From the NCBI GenBank assembly GCA_002269645.1, contig NIVC01000901.1, forward strand, positions 76,173 to 140,172: a stretch of 64,000 bases of DNA, in the 5' to 3' direction. Below the pieces are notes generated by a model that ran no database searches, was not told the origin of the DNA, and worked only from the letters and a program-made list of their open reading frames with translations. The position numbers and the translations under genes were made by a program. The stretch's first letter is position 1. Each line of letters begins with the position of its first letter. Shown piece by piece: positions 61,801-64,000 of the stretch. Source of the DNA: Macrostomum lignano (Eukaryota).

Positions 61801-62640
61801 CCACGAGTGGTCCGCGCAGCTTCCTGCCGGCTCAGGGCGAGTTGTGCAGGAGAGCCACCTCTTCTGCCTCGCCGATAGCTCCAGGCTCCAGTTCCATGGG
61901 CTCCTTCCGGATGGTCTCCATGGTCGAGGGCGATGCCTCCACCTGGGCGGCATTCTCGCTCTCAGCCCGGTTTTCTGGGGGGCCGCAGTGGTGACATTGG
62001 GCTGGGGGTTGCTGCGGTTGTGGGCCCTGGCGGTGTCCAGCAGCTGCTTCGCGCGCTGAGTCAGACCAGAGCGGATAGTGTTCCGGGTGGGTTTCCGGCC
62101 CTTTCCACGTCCGCCTGTTGCTGCAGCTTTCGCGGCTTTCCCTCTGACAGGGTCCACGTCCTCGGAGGGGTCGTGACGACCGGGAGCTTCTTTTCCTGGG
62201 CGTTTCCGCCCGCAGAGCCCCCGCTCGCTCGCTTACGCTTCTCCGCGGGCGGTGCCCGCTCGCTCGCTTACGCTTCTCCGCGGGCGGTGCCCGCTCGCCC
62301 GCTTACGCTTCTCCGGGGGCGGTGGACGGGTGGCGTCAGACTCAAAGCTAAAGAGCTGAATCTGCATCAGCCCGACAGAGATGAGGGACATGTCCGGATA
62401 GCGGAGCATCCAGCTATCCGACAGTCCTAGAATAGCCGTGAAACCATCTCCGTCCGGCTTGGAGATGGTCTTGTGAACTACGACACCGTTTGCCGGTAGC
62501 GCCGGGTTGGTAGCCACTAGCAGGTGACGCAGCTCGTCGGCCTTGGTGATGCAGCTGCGAGCCGAAATCCAGGCACGGTGCCGGTGTGTCTGGGGTCGCT
62601 CGTCCTCCATGTAGATAAACAGGTTTTTCAGCACCGTACA
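58820..62640 (-). mobile_element. Degenerate LOA/R1-like non-LTR retrotransposon (ORF1 remnant, APE endonuclease, RT, RNase H)
   Basis: APE: ILQLNLHH, LLQEPW, AGDVNAHH..WG, LDVTL, SDH. RT: VFIPKPGK, QHAFR, FLDI..AF, GYADDVT. RNase H: FTDGS..TVFQNE..SDSQAA. Premature TAG at ~61182, several frameshifts, 3' end missing. Confidence 0.92.
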
Positions 62641-64000
62641 TATTCCTGCACCAGAATATAGGGGGTGCAGGTGTGTAGGATCGCAGACCTGGTCTGTCTC
62701 ATGCTACACAGGCGTGCTGAACCCACCTTGCATGCGTTAGTATTATCACGAAAACAGTGAATTACAATTTCATTATGCGAAAAACCGGTTCGCAACATTT
62801 AATTTTAGAACTCGCAAAAAATGTAAACGTTAACCTTAAATTGACCTAAGTTTCACTGCTTCTTTTCGAAAATCTCATCTGTCAAATAAAGTCCTTTCGT
62901 AAACTCATCAAAAAAACGGTTTGAGCTCAAGGTCGACTCAAAACGGGTATAAATATAAGCGAAAAATCTGAGCTGAAATCCATACTCGTAGCAGCCTCGA
63001 AGCAGCCTCAAGAGAACTCGAGACAAACTAACATGAACCGAGAGGCTAAATCTCTGAGAGAAGCTTATATCGATCGGTAAGCCTTGGTCAAAGTCTTTGT
63101 TATTCGATTATTGAGAGCTGTGTTATTGCCGGCTGCTATTATACAGTATATTTCTATCGAGTTATTGAATTTGAGGCCTCCCGAGGAGACGAGGAGTCAG
63201 CGGCGTGATGGACCGGCAGTTAACGGCGCGGCGGCGCTCCCAAAAGCGCACAAGCACATGTTTGAGTTCTTTTTGCCTCTGTGTTGCTTTTCGGCCACGC
63301 GCATTCTTGCCGTCTTCGCTTGCAGCACACATAGGTTGAAAGTCCTCCCGGTGGCTTGCGAAAACGGGTGTTGACCGACACCATGTCCTGCCTCTTCAGG
63401 AGAGTCTGGAGAGGTCCATGAGAAGTCCTCCAGGAAGTTTCCGTTCTTATGCGGCGTCTCGAACAGAGACCGCTCAAACCTACGCAGGACAGTGTTCAGG
63501 TCTACGACGACATATGCACACTCTACGCGCATCGAGGGATGCTCAACGAAGTCTTGAGCCTTATCAGGCATGGACGCGCAGAACGCACAGAACAGGCGAA
63601 AGCAAGCTTTCCTGCGTGCTTTGATTCTGAGAACATGTACTTTAGATCAGCTCTTAGAAAACAATGATTAATATTGTATGCGGTTGGAGTGTTTGCGCTT
63701 GCTGTCGCCTGTCACTGTAACAGTCCCTGTAAATTTATGTACACAAACACTAAAATTGCTCTGAACCACATAAGCAAGCAGAGAGTACACAACAAATTGA
63801 ACTCAAACAATGCATAGGGCAGCACTGTAAAACCGACACAGCTTTTAAGATGCATTTTGTGCGCACTATCTGCCCCATAAGTGTTCAACTAGCTCGTATT
63901 CTTCATCTTTTTTGCTTAAAAGACGCAGTTAGAGAAAGGCCTTGGAGTAAAGAGAAGCGAGACACTCGCATTGCATATGCTGACTCTCCTCGTACTACGC

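Noticed and set aside
63084-63667. Protein-like fragments (YDDICTLYAHRGMLNEVLSLIRHG; 124-aa minus-strand ORF)
   Set aside because: Short, interrupted by stops, and with no identifiable family; possibly a decayed gene, but not supportable from this window.

Overview
Repeat-rich metazoan genomic DNA. GC-rich exons, GT-AG introns packed with minisatellites and RTE/I-group LINE debris are consistent with a free-living flatworm such as Macrostomum; this is an inference, not a database match. I assembled six genes by hand from splice sites and reading phase. (1) A 3-exon, 467-aa double C2H2 zinc finger + ALKBH3-like dioxygenase fusion (minus, 14579-18029). (2) A 6-exon, 628-aa RPRD2 orthologue with a 9.7-kb transposon-filled first intron (minus, 19136-32813). 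(3) An intronless Cys-loop (nAChR-like) channel interrupted by one in-frame TGA (plus, 35772-37025). (4) A 3-exon, 1120-aa Slo1/BK channel (minus, 39664-47312). (5) A small 3-exon gene of unknown function with two internally homologous exons (plus, 49756-50451). (6) An intronless IFIT-like TPR gene (minus, 54223-56837). Its two ORFs overlap at a G_GGA_AAG heptamer in the -1 register, and its C-terminus resembles a HEPN-like module. Gene 6 is the best candidate for an undescribed system: an RNA-sensing TPR scaffold fused to a putative RNase effector, possibly gated by frameshifting. A one-base assembly error is an equally live explanation for the frameshift. The rest is micro/minisatellites, non-autonomous DNA transposons with 8-bp TSDs (hAT-, P- and unclassified types), CORE-SINEs, Gypsy/RTE/I-group fragments and a degenerate LOA/R1-like LINE. 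Protein-family comparisons are from recalled sequences and need HMM confirmation.
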